A stretch of 64,000 nucleotides of DNA from Escherichia coli (GTDB lineage: Bacteria > Pseudomonadota > Gammaproteobacteria > Enterobacterales > Enterobacteriaceae), in assembly GCF_013315695.1 (NCBI RefSeq), contig NZ_CP054354.1. One strand, given 5' to 3'. The translations under genes were made by a program, and so were the position numbers. Below, one piece after another: positions 46,653 through 56,691 of this stretch (position 1 is its first letter; every line of letters starts with the position of its first letter). The notes under the pieces are model-generated. The model searched no databases. It was given only the letters and a program-made list of their open reading frames with translations, and was not told the DNA's origin.

Positions 46653-47230
46653 TCTTTTTTCTCCGTTTTCGGGGGATACAGGATGTCTGGTACGCGATGA
46701 CTGAGTGATTCCGGCAGCGGAGCCAGCGGGAAACACTGGAAGCGGCGCGTGATCCATCCCTGACGGTTACGGTTATCGATGAGCGTGAAGGTACGACGCT
46801 TCACGCGTTTCAGTGTCGGGGTGTCGCTTTCCATGACCGGCCAGTCTCCGGCTGTGAGTGCCGGTGTGCCGGGGACATCCGGCCACAGCCAGGTGTTGTC
46901 AGACATCAGCGCAGTGAGTGGTGCGGGCAGAAGCCAGTGAATGACATGCTGTATATCAAAAGGCGGTCGCTCCGGCACGTTAACCTGCCAGGTGGCCGTT
47001 GTTATCAGCGTGCCTGTCTCTCCGGGCAGGGCCAGGCGAATACCACTCATCTCCCCGTCAGCCCGTCTGTCACTGGCAAAAATGACCCGGGGATTAGGGG
47101 ACGGTCGCAGTGTGAAGCAGGCGGACGGCAGGGTGAAGCTGAAACTGTCACCGTCCACGCGCAGTGTTTTCAGGAAGACCTGTCCCCGGGCAGGACGCCG
47201 GCAGCGGGGGGTGATATGAATGCTGTACAT
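46610..47230 (-). CDS. traV: TraV
   Basis: 206 aa; start overlaps traU stop; assigned by synteny. Confidence 0.55.
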   Translation of the reverse strand: MYSIHITPRCRRPARGQVFLKTLRVDGDSFSFTLPSACFTLRPSPNPRVIFASDRRADGEMSGIRLALPGETGTLITTATWQVNVPERPPFDIQHVIHWLLPAPLTALMSDNTWLWPDVPGTPALTAGDWPVMESDTPTLKRVKRRTFTLIDNRNRQGWITRRFQCFPLAPLPESLSHRVPDILYPPKTEKKECKDNLQPHCLHSL

Positions 47231-50200
47231 CAGAGGTTATATCCCTGCTTACGGATGAGTTCTGCTGCCAGCTCATGGATGACGTTTTCACTGTCATGTG
47301 TACGGGCGCGGTGTTCTATCAGTGAGGTGGCTGAACCCCGGGGAAAGTGTTCGGCCAGGATCTGGCGTGCCCGCAGTGACCCCACCTCCTGCGTCAGCGC
47401 ACGTCGCAGGGCGCTGTCTTTAGGAGAGGAGTTCAGTGCCCACAGCTCCAGTGGACCGAGGGTGAATTTCAGGATCCGGGCCAGCGTGCCGTTTTTTACA
47501 CGGAACACAGCCAGTACCGGGACACCACTGCCGTCCGGTGCGGCCCCTTCCGGCATTTTCAGGAAGCGCCGCAGTGTGACTTCCGGGACGCCAAAGTTAT
47601 CCCGCAGGAACGGAATTTCGTCAGGGCGGTAACGCAGCAGCCACAGGGTGTTGGCGGATTTGAGCACGGCCGGAGGATAATGCTGCAGCAGCTGGGTGCT
47701 CAGCACCGTGCGTATCCCGAACTTACGCTGCTCCAGCTCCTGGGTGTCCAGGGCTTCCCAGATGAAGTTGATCCCTTTTGCATTGTGCAGTTCGTCATAG
47801 ACTTTGGTCTTGACCTCCTGATCAAGCTGTTCAATGCGGCGGAAAATCACCTCATGGTAGCGTGGGTCGAGATTTTTCCGTATTTCCTCCTGATACTGCG
47901 GCAGGACAAAATCCCCGCCGGCGATCTGCCCGGCCAGCAGATACATGATACCGGTGCGCAGACGTCCGGCAGGTGTCTTGTCCCCGGCCACATTGTTCAG
48001 ATCAACGGCGACCACGCGGGTGTCGGGGCTGAGCATAAACCGGGTACAGCCGGACATCATCGGGTAGTCACTGTGTCCCTGATCGAGGGCACGGCGGATG
48101 TAGTCCAGCAACCGCTCTTCCGAGTTATCACGCTGAACGGTGCCGAACACATCCCGGATGGACGGCTGTCCCAGCAGGGCGGACATTTCAGCCAGCAGGG
48201 GCATGGCCTGGTAGTGTGCCCGCTGGGCGGCGGGGATATTCCCTGCAATATGCAGCATGTCCCTGATTTCAAACCAGGTGGCGGCATTCCACCATCCGGC
48301 ATCATGTTGTTCAGCGATGCCGCTCTCTTCCAGGGCGAGATCCACCAGGGGTTCCGTACCTGCGCGGTAAAGTCTGGGGTTATTCTCGCCATATTCCCGG
48401 AAGGCCAGGTCCACCAGGCTGCTGATGATTTGCCGGGTGTCGCCGGGATTACAGGGCTGACCGGTGCCGGTATCCACACACAATGCACAGAGGACGGAGA
48501 CCATGAAGTTCTTTTCCGGTGTGACGGGTTTTCTGGCCCCGTACATCACATCAAACAGGTTGCGGGTGTGGTCCGGGTCATTACTCAGAATGATCCCCAC
48601 GGCTTCGTCCTTTCTCTGCTCAGGCAGGCTGTCACGGATAAGCTGTACCAGTCCCTGTGCACTGAATCCCTTGTCGATATAGGCAATGAAAGGGAGATTC
48701 TTCTGGGCTGAGGCTATCTGGATCTCCGACAGTGCGTTGATGAGTACCGATTTGCCCAGACCGGGTGCGCCGGGTGTCAGCTCCGTGTGCTTGTTCTGTT
48801 GTGATGACGCCAGCGCCACCTCCCATGCAGAGCCGTCTTCGGTGTGCATCATCAGATTTCCCTGTCCCCGCCAGACAGAGCCTGCCCTGTTCAGGGGAAA
48901 CAGGGAAAGGGCGTGTGAAAGGGGCGGGTAAAGGGGGATCGGGCCGGAGCTGTGGGAGGCTGCCAGAACCGTGTTCACCCAGGCACGTCTCGGATCACCG
49001 AAGGTTGTGGTGGTGCCGCATACCCCCCAGCCTTCCAGCGCAGATTTCAGGAGAGCCTGGTTACGGGTACAGACTTCCCGGCTGTTTCCCCATGTGGTGG
49101 CAACAATGGTCATGATACAGACCGGATCATGCTTGTTGATGTCATTCAGCATCATTACCGAGTCATACATGGGCCGGAGAGGAGGAATAAAGCTGCTGTA
49201 GGTCAGCAGGGTTTTCTTGACCCCCAGCGCCTTCATGCCGTCGGGCATCAGATCCATCCGGATACGCCAGGGGATTGCACGGGGCACATCCCTGACCAGC
49301 TGGTTGAATGTCCGCAGATTCTGAGGGGGCAGGGTAATGGCGACCATACCGTGCCAGAGCTCACCGGCCTGAATCAGGCTGCCGTGTGTTTCAGGCTGTG
49401 TGGTGAATAACTGCAGATTCAGCGACGGTGCGTGGAATACAGAGGTATCCCCGCCCTGTCGCCAGCCGGCAGGACGGGCATCTTCAGGCAGATGAGGCTG
49501 CCATACTGCCGGTGTACTGTTGCGCTCCAGCTGGCGGCGGATTTCCCGTCCCACTTCATGGATATCCATCAGGCGAATCAGCAGGCCATCAGAATCATGT
49601 GTCAGGGCCTGCTCCAGCGTGTCCAGTAAGGCGTCATGCCGTATTTTGAGGGCGGAAAGTGTCCAGCGCCAGGGATCCTGCGCAAAACGGGCTGGCGGAG
49701 CGTGTTCAGCGAGTTTCCTGACACGGGTCTGATGGTCCTTGCGATCGGTCCGGCTCAGCAGTTCTTCAGAGCTCCAGACGGTCAGCCAGCAGCGCTCCCG
49801 GACAAGCCAGGGGGTGAGTGTGGTGACTTTTTCATCCAGGACGTCCTGAAGCAGGATCCCCGTGCGTGCGATGGATTTTCGCTGGGGTAAGAGCATGGCT
49901 TCGATTTCATCCCTTCCACGCTCCGGATCGCGTTCGAAAACAAAACTGATTTTGTGGCCGGAATTTTTCCAGGCCGTGTTCATTCGCTCAGCCAGTGCTG
50001 CAATCAGTGACTCCAGTGTCCCGGGGGCCGTCTGGTCCGGGTTTTCATCCATTTCTTTCAGGGCACCGCTGATTTCAAAGACGGAAAGGTAATACCCCTG
50101 TTTTGTGGTGGCAATGTAGGGGGCTTTCAGCCAGGGGCGGCGTTCGCGGTCCTGCTGGTCCAGACCGATGACGGTGTGCAGATCACAGTAATCGGGGAAG

Positions 50201-50286
50201 AATGCGGAAACGGAATACCGTGACAGGGTACTGATACAGTCTTCAATGGCAAAAATAATGCGGTTGATATTCATGGCATGGGGCAC
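47230..50286 (-). CDS. traU: TraU, large nucleotide-binding T4SS protein (DotO-like)
   Basis: 1018 aa; Walker A GAPGLGKS; size and position match R64 TraU. Confidence 0.85.
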   Translation of the reverse strand: MPHAMNINRIIFAIEDCISTLSRYSVSAFFPDYCDLHTVIGLDQQDRERRPWLKAPYIATTKQGYYLSVFEISGALKEMDENPDQTAPGTLESLIAALAERMNTAWKNSGHKISFVFERDPERGRDEIEAMLLPQRKSIARTGILLQDVLDEKVTTLTPWLVRERCWLTVWSSEELLSRTDRKDHQTRVRKLAEHAPPARFAQDPWRWTLSALKIRHDALLDTLEQALTHDSDGLLIRLMDIHEVGREIRRQLERNSTPAVWQPHLPEDARPAGWRQGGDTSVFHAPSLNLQLFTTQPETHGSLIQAGELWHGMVAITLPPQNLRTFNQLVRDVPRAIPWRIRMDLMPDGMKALGVKKTLLTYSSFIPPLRPMYDSVMMLNDINKHDPVCIMTIVATTWGNSREVCTRNQALLKSALEGWGVCGTTTTFGDPRRAWVNTVLAASHSSGPIPLYPPLSHALSLFPLNRAGSVWRGQGNLMMHTEDGSAWEVALASSQQNKHTELTPGAPGLGKSVLINALSEIQIASAQKNLPFIAYIDKGFSAQGLVQLIRDSLPEQRKDEAVGIILSNDPDHTRNLFDVMYGARKPVTPEKNFMVSVLCALCVDTGTGQPCNPGDTRQIISSLVDLAFREYGENNPRLYRAGTEPLVDLALEESGIAEQHDAGWWNAATWFEIRDMLHIAGNIPAAQRAHYQAMPLLAEMSALLGQPSIRDVFGTVQRDNSEERLLDYIRRALDQGHSDYPMMSGCTRFMLSPDTRVVAVDLNNVAGDKTPAGRLRTGIMYLLAGQIAGGDFVLPQYQEEIRKNLDPRYHEVIFRRIEQLDQEVKTKVYDELHNAKGINFIWEALDTQELEQRKFGIRTVLSTQLLQHYPPAVLKSANTLWLLRYRPDEIPFLRDNFGVPEVTLRRFLKMPEGAAPDGSGVPVLAVFRVKNGTLARILKFTLGPLELWALNSSPKDSALRRALTQEVGSLRARQILAEHFPRGSATSLIEHRARTHDSENVIHELAAELIRKQGYNL

Positions 50287-50568
50287 TCCGGTAAGGATGA
50301 ATCATCACGGTCTTATATTTTTTGATGCCACAGCAGGGGATGTGGCATGAAAAAACAGCAGAGAAGATAAATAATCTGTTGAGGGGCAGGGGCGTATTTC
50401 TGTGTGATTACACCCGGATAAATAAACTGCTGGCGGCGAATGAACCGGGCAATCTCTTTTTCATCTCCGTCAGGCGGAATATCGTCAGTCAGCGACCGGA
50501 TAATAAAGTGCCGGAATGCATCTGCGGAGAACTGATATCCGGCAGAACGTCACCGGCACCGGTGTGTG

Positions 50569-51387
50569 TCACATGACGTACTTTTTGTCAGGAAACGAAT
50601 CCGGCAGCAGAATGAGCGCCACCCCGTCCATTTTCTCCCTCAACGTTTTACGCTGTGCCGGCGGCCAGCGGCGCAGGGCATCAGCAAAATCCGCCGGACG
50701 CCAGGTGCGGAATTTCTCCTCAACGGCCAGACGGTTCTGTACCAGGGCATTCAGGACTGCCCGTCCCTGCCTGACCCGCTGACGGTTATCGCTGAAAATC
50801 TCCTGCAGTGCCCGCGCATTGAGGGCAACCACCGAGGCCGGATGCAAATCGGGGAGCCAGACCATCACTCCCTGTGCGGCAGCGTAGCCGTTCAGACAGT
50901 GCCAGGCGTGGCAGAAGGCACAGAGATGAAAGGGCGGGCCTTCCGGCTGCAGCAGGTCACTTTCATTTTCGCTGAGTGCATCCGTTGTGACGATTTGCGA
51001 CTTTTCCACATGACGCAGGGCCAGTCGCCTGGCCGACAGGCGGGCCTGTGCCAGGGACCGCTCCGCATCCTGCAGGGTTCGGGTGTGTTTCTTTTTTTCG
51101 TCAGCGTTTTCCGGTACCGGACGTTTTTTCAGGCGCATCACCCGGGTGAGGTTTTTTTCCAGCAGGACGATCGTATCCCGGCAGGTGTCAGCCATCTGCT
51201 GTAATGGCCATGAATCTTCCAGAATGAAGCGGTGAGTGACGGTTCTGCGACAGCAGGGGCAGCGTCCCTCTGTTGAGAGCACTGGCGGTGGTAACAGGGC
51301 TTCACCGCTGAATACCGTGTCCGGTTGCGGGAGCGGGAAAAGCCATCGTTCCCGGACCGGGGCGATGAGTGGCGGGGTCTTTTTCAT
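50569..51387 (-). CDS. traT: TraT (I-type transfer protein, not the F surface-exclusion TraT)
   Basis: 272 aa; assigned by synteny upstream of traU; start uncertain because it overlaps the traS candidate. Confidence 0.55.
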   Translation of the reverse strand: MKKTPPLIAPVRERWLFPLPQPDTVFSGEALLPPPVLSTEGRCPCCRRTVTHRFILEDSWPLQQMADTCRDTIVLLEKNLTRVMRLKKRPVPENADEKKKHTRTLQDAERSLAQARLSARRLALRHVEKSQIVTTDALSENESDLLQPEGPPFHLCAFCHAWHCLNGYAAAQGVMVWLPDLHPASVVALNARALQEIFSDNRQRVRQGRAVLNALVQNRLAVEEKFRTWRPADFADALRRWPPAQRKTLREKMDGVALILLPDSFPDKKYVM

Positions 51388-51553
51388 ACGCTTTTCTCTC
51401 TGTATACAGGGTGACGGCAGCCAGAATCAGTGCTGCTATAGCGGTGGAGTAACACTCTGCAAACACAAACTCCTGATTATCCCGGTTGTCGCGGGCAATC
51501 ACGTTGCCGTGCTCTGTTCTGAGCAGGGTGAAAGGGGGTAGCTCACAGGACAT
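51302..51553 (-). CDS. Small membrane protein, TraS candidate (83 aa)
   Basis: GGAGG RBS 8 nt before ATG at 51553; one transmembrane segment; overlaps traT by 86 nt in another frame. Confidence 0.35.
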   Translation of the reverse strand: MSCELPPFTLLRTEHGNVIARDNRDNQEFVFAECYSTAIAALILAAVTLYTERKAYEKDPATHRPGPGTMAFPAPATGHGIQR

Positions 51554-51609
51554 GGTCTGGTCCTCCTCATTGTGTGAAGACGGCACCGGTTTCCCGGTGC
51601 CTTTGCGGA

Positions 51610-52008
51610 TTAACTGATTGAAACCGGAGAAAGACCGAGCGTTTTCTGTCCGCTGCCCATCAGTTCCGGTACGACGGCAAGGCAGACGCCGACCAGAATT
51701 GACAGCAGGCAGGCCAGCCCTGCACCGGGTTTTTTACCGATTTGTTTGAGGCCAAGCAGTCCGCCGATAAAGAGCACCAGGCCAATAACCTGACCGATAG
51801 CCACAAACGAACTGCTGGAGCCTCTGGCACCATCGCCAACGGTTTTAATCATATCGAAGAGGGTATTTGCCATTGCGGTGTGGGGCAGCAGCATCACGGG
51901 AAGCAGCAGTAACAGGCGTACCAGCCGGTCACGGCAGGCCATCAGGCATAACTGAACATAAACAGATGCAGCGCGCAGACGCGCCGCCATGGCACGAAGT
52001 CGTGACAT
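51610..52008 (-). CDS. traR: TraR, small membrane protein
   Basis: 133 aa from ATG at 52008 (GGAG RBS); hydrophobic core; ORF track starts at 52161 inside traQ. Confidence 0.55.
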   Translation of the reverse strand: MSRLRAMAARLRAASVYVQLCLMACRDRLVRLLLLLPVMLLPHTAMANTLFDMIKTVGDGARGSSSSFVAIGQVIGLVLFIGGLLGLKQIGKKPGAGLACLLSILVGVCLAVVPELMGSGQKTLGLSPVSIS

Positions 52009-52054
52009 AGTGTCTCCTTTATTAACAGATTGATTTACTGAAAAAATACAGGGG

Positions 52055-52585
52055 TCAGAAGGCGATACCGAGGCTTGCCAGAGTGGCATCGATAACCCGG
52101 TCGTTGAAAACCAGCAGAACGCCGGCCACAAACTTGACGTTCCCTTTACTGATGGATTCACTGGCGCTCAGGGCGGTGTGCCCGTCCAGCAGTGATTTGC
52201 GCCAGATGGATATGCCGTTCATGACAAAACCGACGCCGGCCAGTTTTGCCAGTGAGAGAATGGCATTGACGGCACCGGCAGCGGCACCAAAGGAGCCCGG
52301 CTGCACGTATGCGATGGGGGCGAAAGAATCTGCCCTGAAGCCCATCTGGGTACCACCGGCATTGATCATTGAGGGCAGACTGACCAGCATGCCGCAGATG
52401 AAGATACCGGCAATAAATTTTCCCGGTCCCATACTGTGACGTCCTTCTGCCCGGGCGCGCATCAGATGACCGATAAGGCCGATAATCCCCAGCAGCTCTC
52501 CCCAGGTAAAGAGAAACTCCATGCCTGCACTGAAAATACCGCTGGCAAAGTTCTCTATGGCTGTCAGGGCATCAATGCTCATCAT
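52055..52585 (-). CDS. traQ: TraQ, membrane protein
   Basis: 176 aa, Gly/Ala-rich hydrophobic segments; synteny. Confidence 0.6.
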   Translation of the reverse strand: MMSIDALTAIENFASGIFSAGMEFLFTWGELLGIIGLIGHLMRARAEGRHSMGPGKFIAGIFICGMLVSLPSMINAGGTQMGFRADSFAPIAYVQPGSFGAAAGAVNAILSLAKLAGVGFVMNGISIWRKSLLDGHTALSASESISKGNVKFVAGVLLVFNDRVIDATLASLGIAF

Positions 52586-53295
52586 CGTAATGTACCGGCA
52601 GAGGTGATGACTGCCCGGCTGGACGGGTCAATCCGAGTGATGGTGATGTTTCCCAGACTGTCGCCTTCCCGTACTGCCCAGGCACTGCCCTGCCAGCGGA
52701 TCCAGGCCATGCCTTTCTCCACCGACATGATTTTCATGCCCTGCAGAGGTGAAGGCAGGGTTTTCGCAGGCTGTCTGTTATTCCCGGTCGGGGCTGGCAG
52801 TGCTCCCTGCATCTGCAGGGTATGCACCTGCTTACGGGTCTCCTCAAGCAACTGACGGGTTTCCTGTGCCCAGGCCTCATCCTTCTGAATGGCGTTACTG
52901 AGGGTGGTGATACTGTCCTTCAGCATGGTCAGGGTGCGCCGGATTTCCTCATCCCGTCTGTCCAGCTCTGCTTTCAGATCACGGGCAAGTTGCTGCATGT
53001 CTGCCTGTGGGGTAACCGGCGGTGCGGGCATGTTGTTTCCGCTCCCGGACTCCGTCATGGTCATGGGCTCTGCCCAGCTCTCAGCAGCGGGCGGTGTGAC
53101 AGCAAAGCCTGCATCTGCAGGGGGCTCTGAGGGTGTCCGCAGAAACTTGTACCAGATGGCGACCAGGATGATGAGGGCACAGCCGGCCCAGACCGGCAGG
53201 CTGTATCCCATATACTGGCGTTTCAGGAAGGATTTGCCGGATGCCGGTGCCGTCGTTTCGCCAAAGCTGCCGGGATCTTCATGTTCGTTTTTCAT
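52582..53295 (-). CDS. traP: TraP (DotF/IcmG-like bitopic protein)
   Basis: 237 aa, single transmembrane segment then coiled-coil-like region; synteny. Confidence 0.6.
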   Translation of the reverse strand: MKNEHEDPGSFGETTAPASGKSFLKRQYMGYSLPVWAGCALIILVAIWYKFLRTPSEPPADAGFAVTPPAAESWAEPMTMTESGSGNNMPAPPVTPQADMQQLARDLKAELDRRDEEIRRTLTMLKDSITTLSNAIQKDEAWAQETRQLLEETRKQVHTLQMQGALPAPTGNNRQPAKTLPSPLQGMKIMSVEKGMAWIRWQGSAWAVREGDSLGNITITRIDPSSRAVITSAGTLR

Positions 53296-54629
53296 GGATA
53301 ACTTTCCTGTTGTATGCCGTAGCGTTGCTGCATTTCATTCTGTTTACGGAGGACCGCCGCCCGGATCCTGTCAGAGGCCTGGTGCTCTGCCTCCGCCTGG
53401 GTGAGCGGACGTCCGGAGGAGGGGGACTCAGAAGGGGCAGTGCCGGAGGACGGCGTACTGATATCGTTGCTCATGACCGGCTCAACAAACAGAATGGAGA
53501 CGACCTCGCCCCGTGATACTGTCACCTGACGGTAAGGTTCGCTCTCTGCCTGGCGGGTCAGCAGCTGGCTGCCCCGTTCGGCCATGCCACCTGCAATGAC
53601 GCCGGCCAGCGCCTCTCCATCAGGCATTCCCACCCTGCCGGTAATACTGCCGTAGTTTCCCTGAAGGATCTGTGTGTTGGCGTCTTTGTAAAGACTTCCG
53701 ACATTGCCCACCCCGCCAAGTACGGACGGCAGAACGATGTGCTTAAACCAGCGGTGGTTCACGTCGCTGGCCACGGTTGACATTCCTGTTCGTTCATTCA
53801 GGGCATATGCATTCACCTTCAGAAACATGCCCCTCCACATCATCCGGTCAAAGTGGATATCCATTCCCTGACCTGCGAGTCTGGCGTCCTGGCTGTAGAG
53901 GACGGCCCCGGCCCATGGGCCGGCAGGTACGGAGGCCACCACACGGGAGACCGCATTGTCAGAGTCCACTTCGGTATCAATGTAGGCCGGTACGCGGGTC
54001 AGTGCCGGTATCAGCTGGATCCCCGGACGTGCTGCCGGGGTTGCCAGACTCGTCTCCTGCAGACGGGGATGTTGTGATGTAACGGTACCGGGCGGTGACG
54101 CATGTGGGGCTGTCCCGGGAGTGCCGGTGGTGCTCCACATGGCTGCTGCCACTACCGGTGGCCGGGCATCCTGATGCTGTGTATTGATACGGGCAAGCAG
54201 TTTCTGTAATGCCTCACGCCGTTTTTCCCGGGCAGTCTGATCTTCCTGAGGGGGGGATGCGTTTTGCCCGGAAGTGCCTGACTGATCATCGGGGGGATTA
54301 TCCCTTTTCTGATCGTTTCCGGTATCGGTATCCAGTCCCCGGGGCAGACTGGCGATAAACGTCTCGTTATTACGTAACGCTTCTGCAGCACCACGTTCAT
54401 TGTCAGCCCGCAGTAAATCCCGGTAGTGCTGTGTCTCCATCACGTTCCGTCCGCCGCCGGACGTTGTGCTGTTGATATTGACTGACGAGAGCGATGCAGC
54501 GTTTTCGGGGGACAGCCAGGTGAGCAGCAGGTATCCGCCCCCGATGATAATCACGCCCCCCATAACCAGCAGGGCTGACAGCTTTTTGCCGGATTTTGCG
54601 GCTGTGTCCTGTTCTTGTTCTGCGCTCAT
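53292..54629 (-). CDS. traO: TraO (DotG/IcmE-like, VirB10-type)
   Basis: 445 aa; N-terminal transmembrane segment, Pro/Thr-rich linker, conserved C-terminal domain; synteny. Confidence 0.65.
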   Translation of the reverse strand: MSAEQEQDTAAKSGKKLSALLVMGGVIIIGGGYLLLTWLSPENAASLSSVNINSTTSGGGRNVMETQHYRDLLRADNERGAAEALRNNETFIASLPRGLDTDTGNDQKRDNPPDDQSGTSGQNASPPQEDQTAREKRREALQKLLARINTQHQDARPPVVAAAMWSTTGTPGTAPHASPPGTVTSQHPRLQETSLATPAARPGIQLIPALTRVPAYIDTEVDSDNAVSRVVASVPAGPWAGAVLYSQDARLAGQGMDIHFDRMMWRGMFLKVNAYALNERTGMSTVASDVNHRWFKHIVLPSVLGGVGNVGSLYKDANTQILQGNYGSITGRVGMPDGEALAGVIAGGMAERGSQLLTRQAESEPYRQVTVSRGEVVSILFVEPVMSNDISTPSSGTAPSESPSSGRPLTQAEAEHQASDRIRAAVLRKQNEMQQRYGIQQESYP

Positions 54630-54632
54630 GAT

Positions 54633-55607
54633 TTACTCCAGTTCCGGGGTGACGTGAACGGACTGACCATTCACGGAGAAGGTGAGTAAGGGGGTCACCG
54701 GCAGTTTCCACAGCCGCGTACCATCAGCCGATGCCAGCGTCTGTTCAAATTCATCCCGCAGCATGGCCCGTGAGCGCACGAGAAGATCATCGCCGTGTTG
54801 CCAGATGGTGGTGTCCGGGACGTTACCGGAGAATTTCAGGCGGCGGATGGCGGGATCATCCGGTGGCACACCGTCCAGAAAGGCCTGCAGAGTGGCGTCA
54901 TGCAGGGCAATTTTTTCTGACGGTATGGACACCACCGGGCTGGCAGGTCCCTGCCGGGGAATGCGCAGATCCAGACGACTGTCGATTTCCTGACTCAGGG
55001 TAGTGGTGTCCGTTTCACCACTGGTGATATTCAGGATGACCGGTACAGACAATCCTTTGAGATAGACCGTCACATTCCCGGCAGCCCAGGCGCGCAGGGG
55101 GGTGACGGACACCATATTGCCGTTGAACTGCACGTCAAAGTGACCGGGCGCAGCGTTATAGGGCGGATCCGACTGTGGCCACGGACTGCCGTTGACGTCC
55201 GTGAAGGTCACCACGCTGACGTTATGCAGAGCGGTACGGACAAGGGGCAGGCTGGCCCCCGGAGACAGATTCACCGTGAGGGAACTGATACGGGGCACCA
55301 CACTGGTGAGCGGGGCACTGATGGCCCGTTCGTTATCGGCCATTATCCCACGGAGTTCACGAATTTCACTGGCATTCAGGGGAGAATCCAGCGATGCGCC
55401 TTCCTGTACAAGAGCAGCGCCGGGAGGCGGCAGGTTTCCCGGGAGTTGTGCGGCTGGCGGGGGACCGCCTGCCGGGGTGTTCCCGGTTGCCTGTGCGGTC
55501 TTTCCGCCGGTCTGCGGGCTTCGTGCATTTTTCCAGCCCGGGTTATCTGCAGCTGTGACAGTGCCGCACACAATAAGCAGTGCGCCAATAAGATGATGTA
55601 TGTGCAT
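54633..55607 (-). CDS. traN: TraN (DotH/IcmK-like secreted protein)
   Basis: 324 aa from ATG at 55607 giving signal peptide MHIHHLIGALLIVCGTVTA; ORF track start 55904 runs into traM. Confidence 0.65.
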   Translation of the reverse strand: MHIHHLIGALLIVCGTVTAADNPGWKNARSPQTGGKTAQATGNTPAGGPPPAAQLPGNLPPPGAALVQEGASLDSPLNASEIRELRGIMADNERAISAPLTSVVPRISSLTVNLSPGASLPLVRTALHNVSVVTFTDVNGSPWPQSDPPYNAAPGHFDVQFNGNMVSVTPLRAWAAGNVTVYLKGLSVPVILNITSGETDTTTLSQEIDSRLDLRIPRQGPASPVVSIPSEKIALHDATLQAFLDGVPPDDPAIRRLKFSGNVPDTTIWQHGDDLLVRSRAMLRDEFEQTLASADGTRLWKLPVTPLLTFSVNGQSVHVTPELE

Positions 55608-55617
55608 GATATGAGTC

Positions 55618-56313
55618 TCAGATTCCTGCTGCGGCGTTACGGGAAACCATCTGGCTGATTTCCATGCCGCCGGGTTTGATGCGGGGGTCAACGCGCCGGA
55701 CAGTGATTTCAAAGGTGAAGGCCTGTTCGGGGCGGGTGCTGGTCTGACCGACCAGGCGCATCCTGACCGGATACTGGAATTTCCAGAACCAGACGCCGTT
55801 CTCCATCTGTCCCTGGTTGACCAGGGTACCTGCCCCGATAGTGGTTGTGAGGTTAAATTTCTCCTTTTTAATAGTGTCGAGAATGTTCGAGGCCTGAAGG
55901 GCATTCACATAGCCGGCAAAGCCGGCTTCGGAAAAGCGGGGGGCCTGTGTCGTGATTTGTTTTCGGTAGTGGACAAAATCGAGATTGAAGGCTTCGCTCA
56001 GCGTCATGCTGCCAAAGTTCATGACGTCGCTCTGACTCCAGGCCGGCTGGCTGGTTGGTGCCAGACGGACCAGTCGGCCATTGTCAGTGGCAAAGTATTC
56101 GCGCGTCACGCCGGTGGCATGCCAGTACTGTATGCCATTAGCCACCAGGCTGATGCAGAGTGCTGCGCCGCTGTACAGCAACGCCCTGACCAGACCGGGT
56201 ACCAGCGCGGCCCGTTGTTCTGACTGTGCGATGGTTCTGAGCACGGGGTTATAAATATCTCCGCTGTTATCCGCTTCCGGTGAGACAGGGGAGGTGGGTT
56301 GTGCTTCGCTCAT
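55618..56313 (-). CDS. traM: TraM (DotI/IcmL-like)
   Basis: 231 aa with one transmembrane segment; AGGAG RBS. Confidence 0.65.
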   Translation of the reverse strand: MSEAQPTSPVSPEADNSGDIYNPVLRTIAQSEQRAALVPGLVRALLYSGAALCISLVANGIQYWHATGVTREYFATDNGRLVRLAPTSQPAWSQSDVMNFGSMTLSEAFNLDFVHYRKQITTQAPRFSEAGFAGYVNALQASNILDTIKKEKFNLTTTIGAGTLVNQGQMENGVWFWKFQYPVRMRLVGQTSTRPEQAFTFEITVRRVDPRIKPGGMEISQMVSRNAAAGI

Positions 56314-56324
56314 GGTGCTCCTGT

Positions 56325-56675
56325 TCAGAGGTTGTAGTCTTTCCAGGGGTCGATATTCCCCGGAAGATGGTCATTCACCCGATCCACGACGGCATCACAG
56401 ACCTGGTTTTCCAGGTCGCGGAGGAGCTTGTCCAGGCTGGGGAACTGCGGAAGAGTGATACTGATGTCCTTGATGCGGGACAGGCAGGACTGCAGGGAGG
56501 AGGCGACGTCATTCTCCCGCTGTGACCATGCCTGGCTGGCTGTGCGCGCCCGCTCCCAGGCGGCTCTGCTGCCGGCTTCGGCAGCGGCCCCCGCCCGGCA
56601 GGTGGCGGCACCTGCCACCGGTGATGCCAGGGTGATGCCGGTCAGTATGACCAGCAGCGTTTTTTTCATGTTCAT
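56325..56675 (-). CDS. traL: TraL, small secreted protein
   Basis: 116 aa from ATG at 56675 (AAGGA RBS), signal peptide MNMKKTLLVILTGITLASPVAGA; ORF track start 56846 overlaps sog. Confidence 0.5.
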   Translation of the reverse strand: MNMKKTLLVILTGITLASPVAGAATCRAGAAAEAGSRAAWERARTASQAWSQRENDVASSLQSCLSRIKDISITLPQFPSLDKLLRDLENQVCDAVVDRVNDHLPGNIDPWKDYNL

Positions 56676-56691
56676 GGTCGTCCTTACCGGC

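Noticed and set aside
47680-48711. 343-aa plus-strand ORF
   Set aside because: Lies entirely antisense within traU, which has a Walker A motif and correct operon context; composition is low-complexity.
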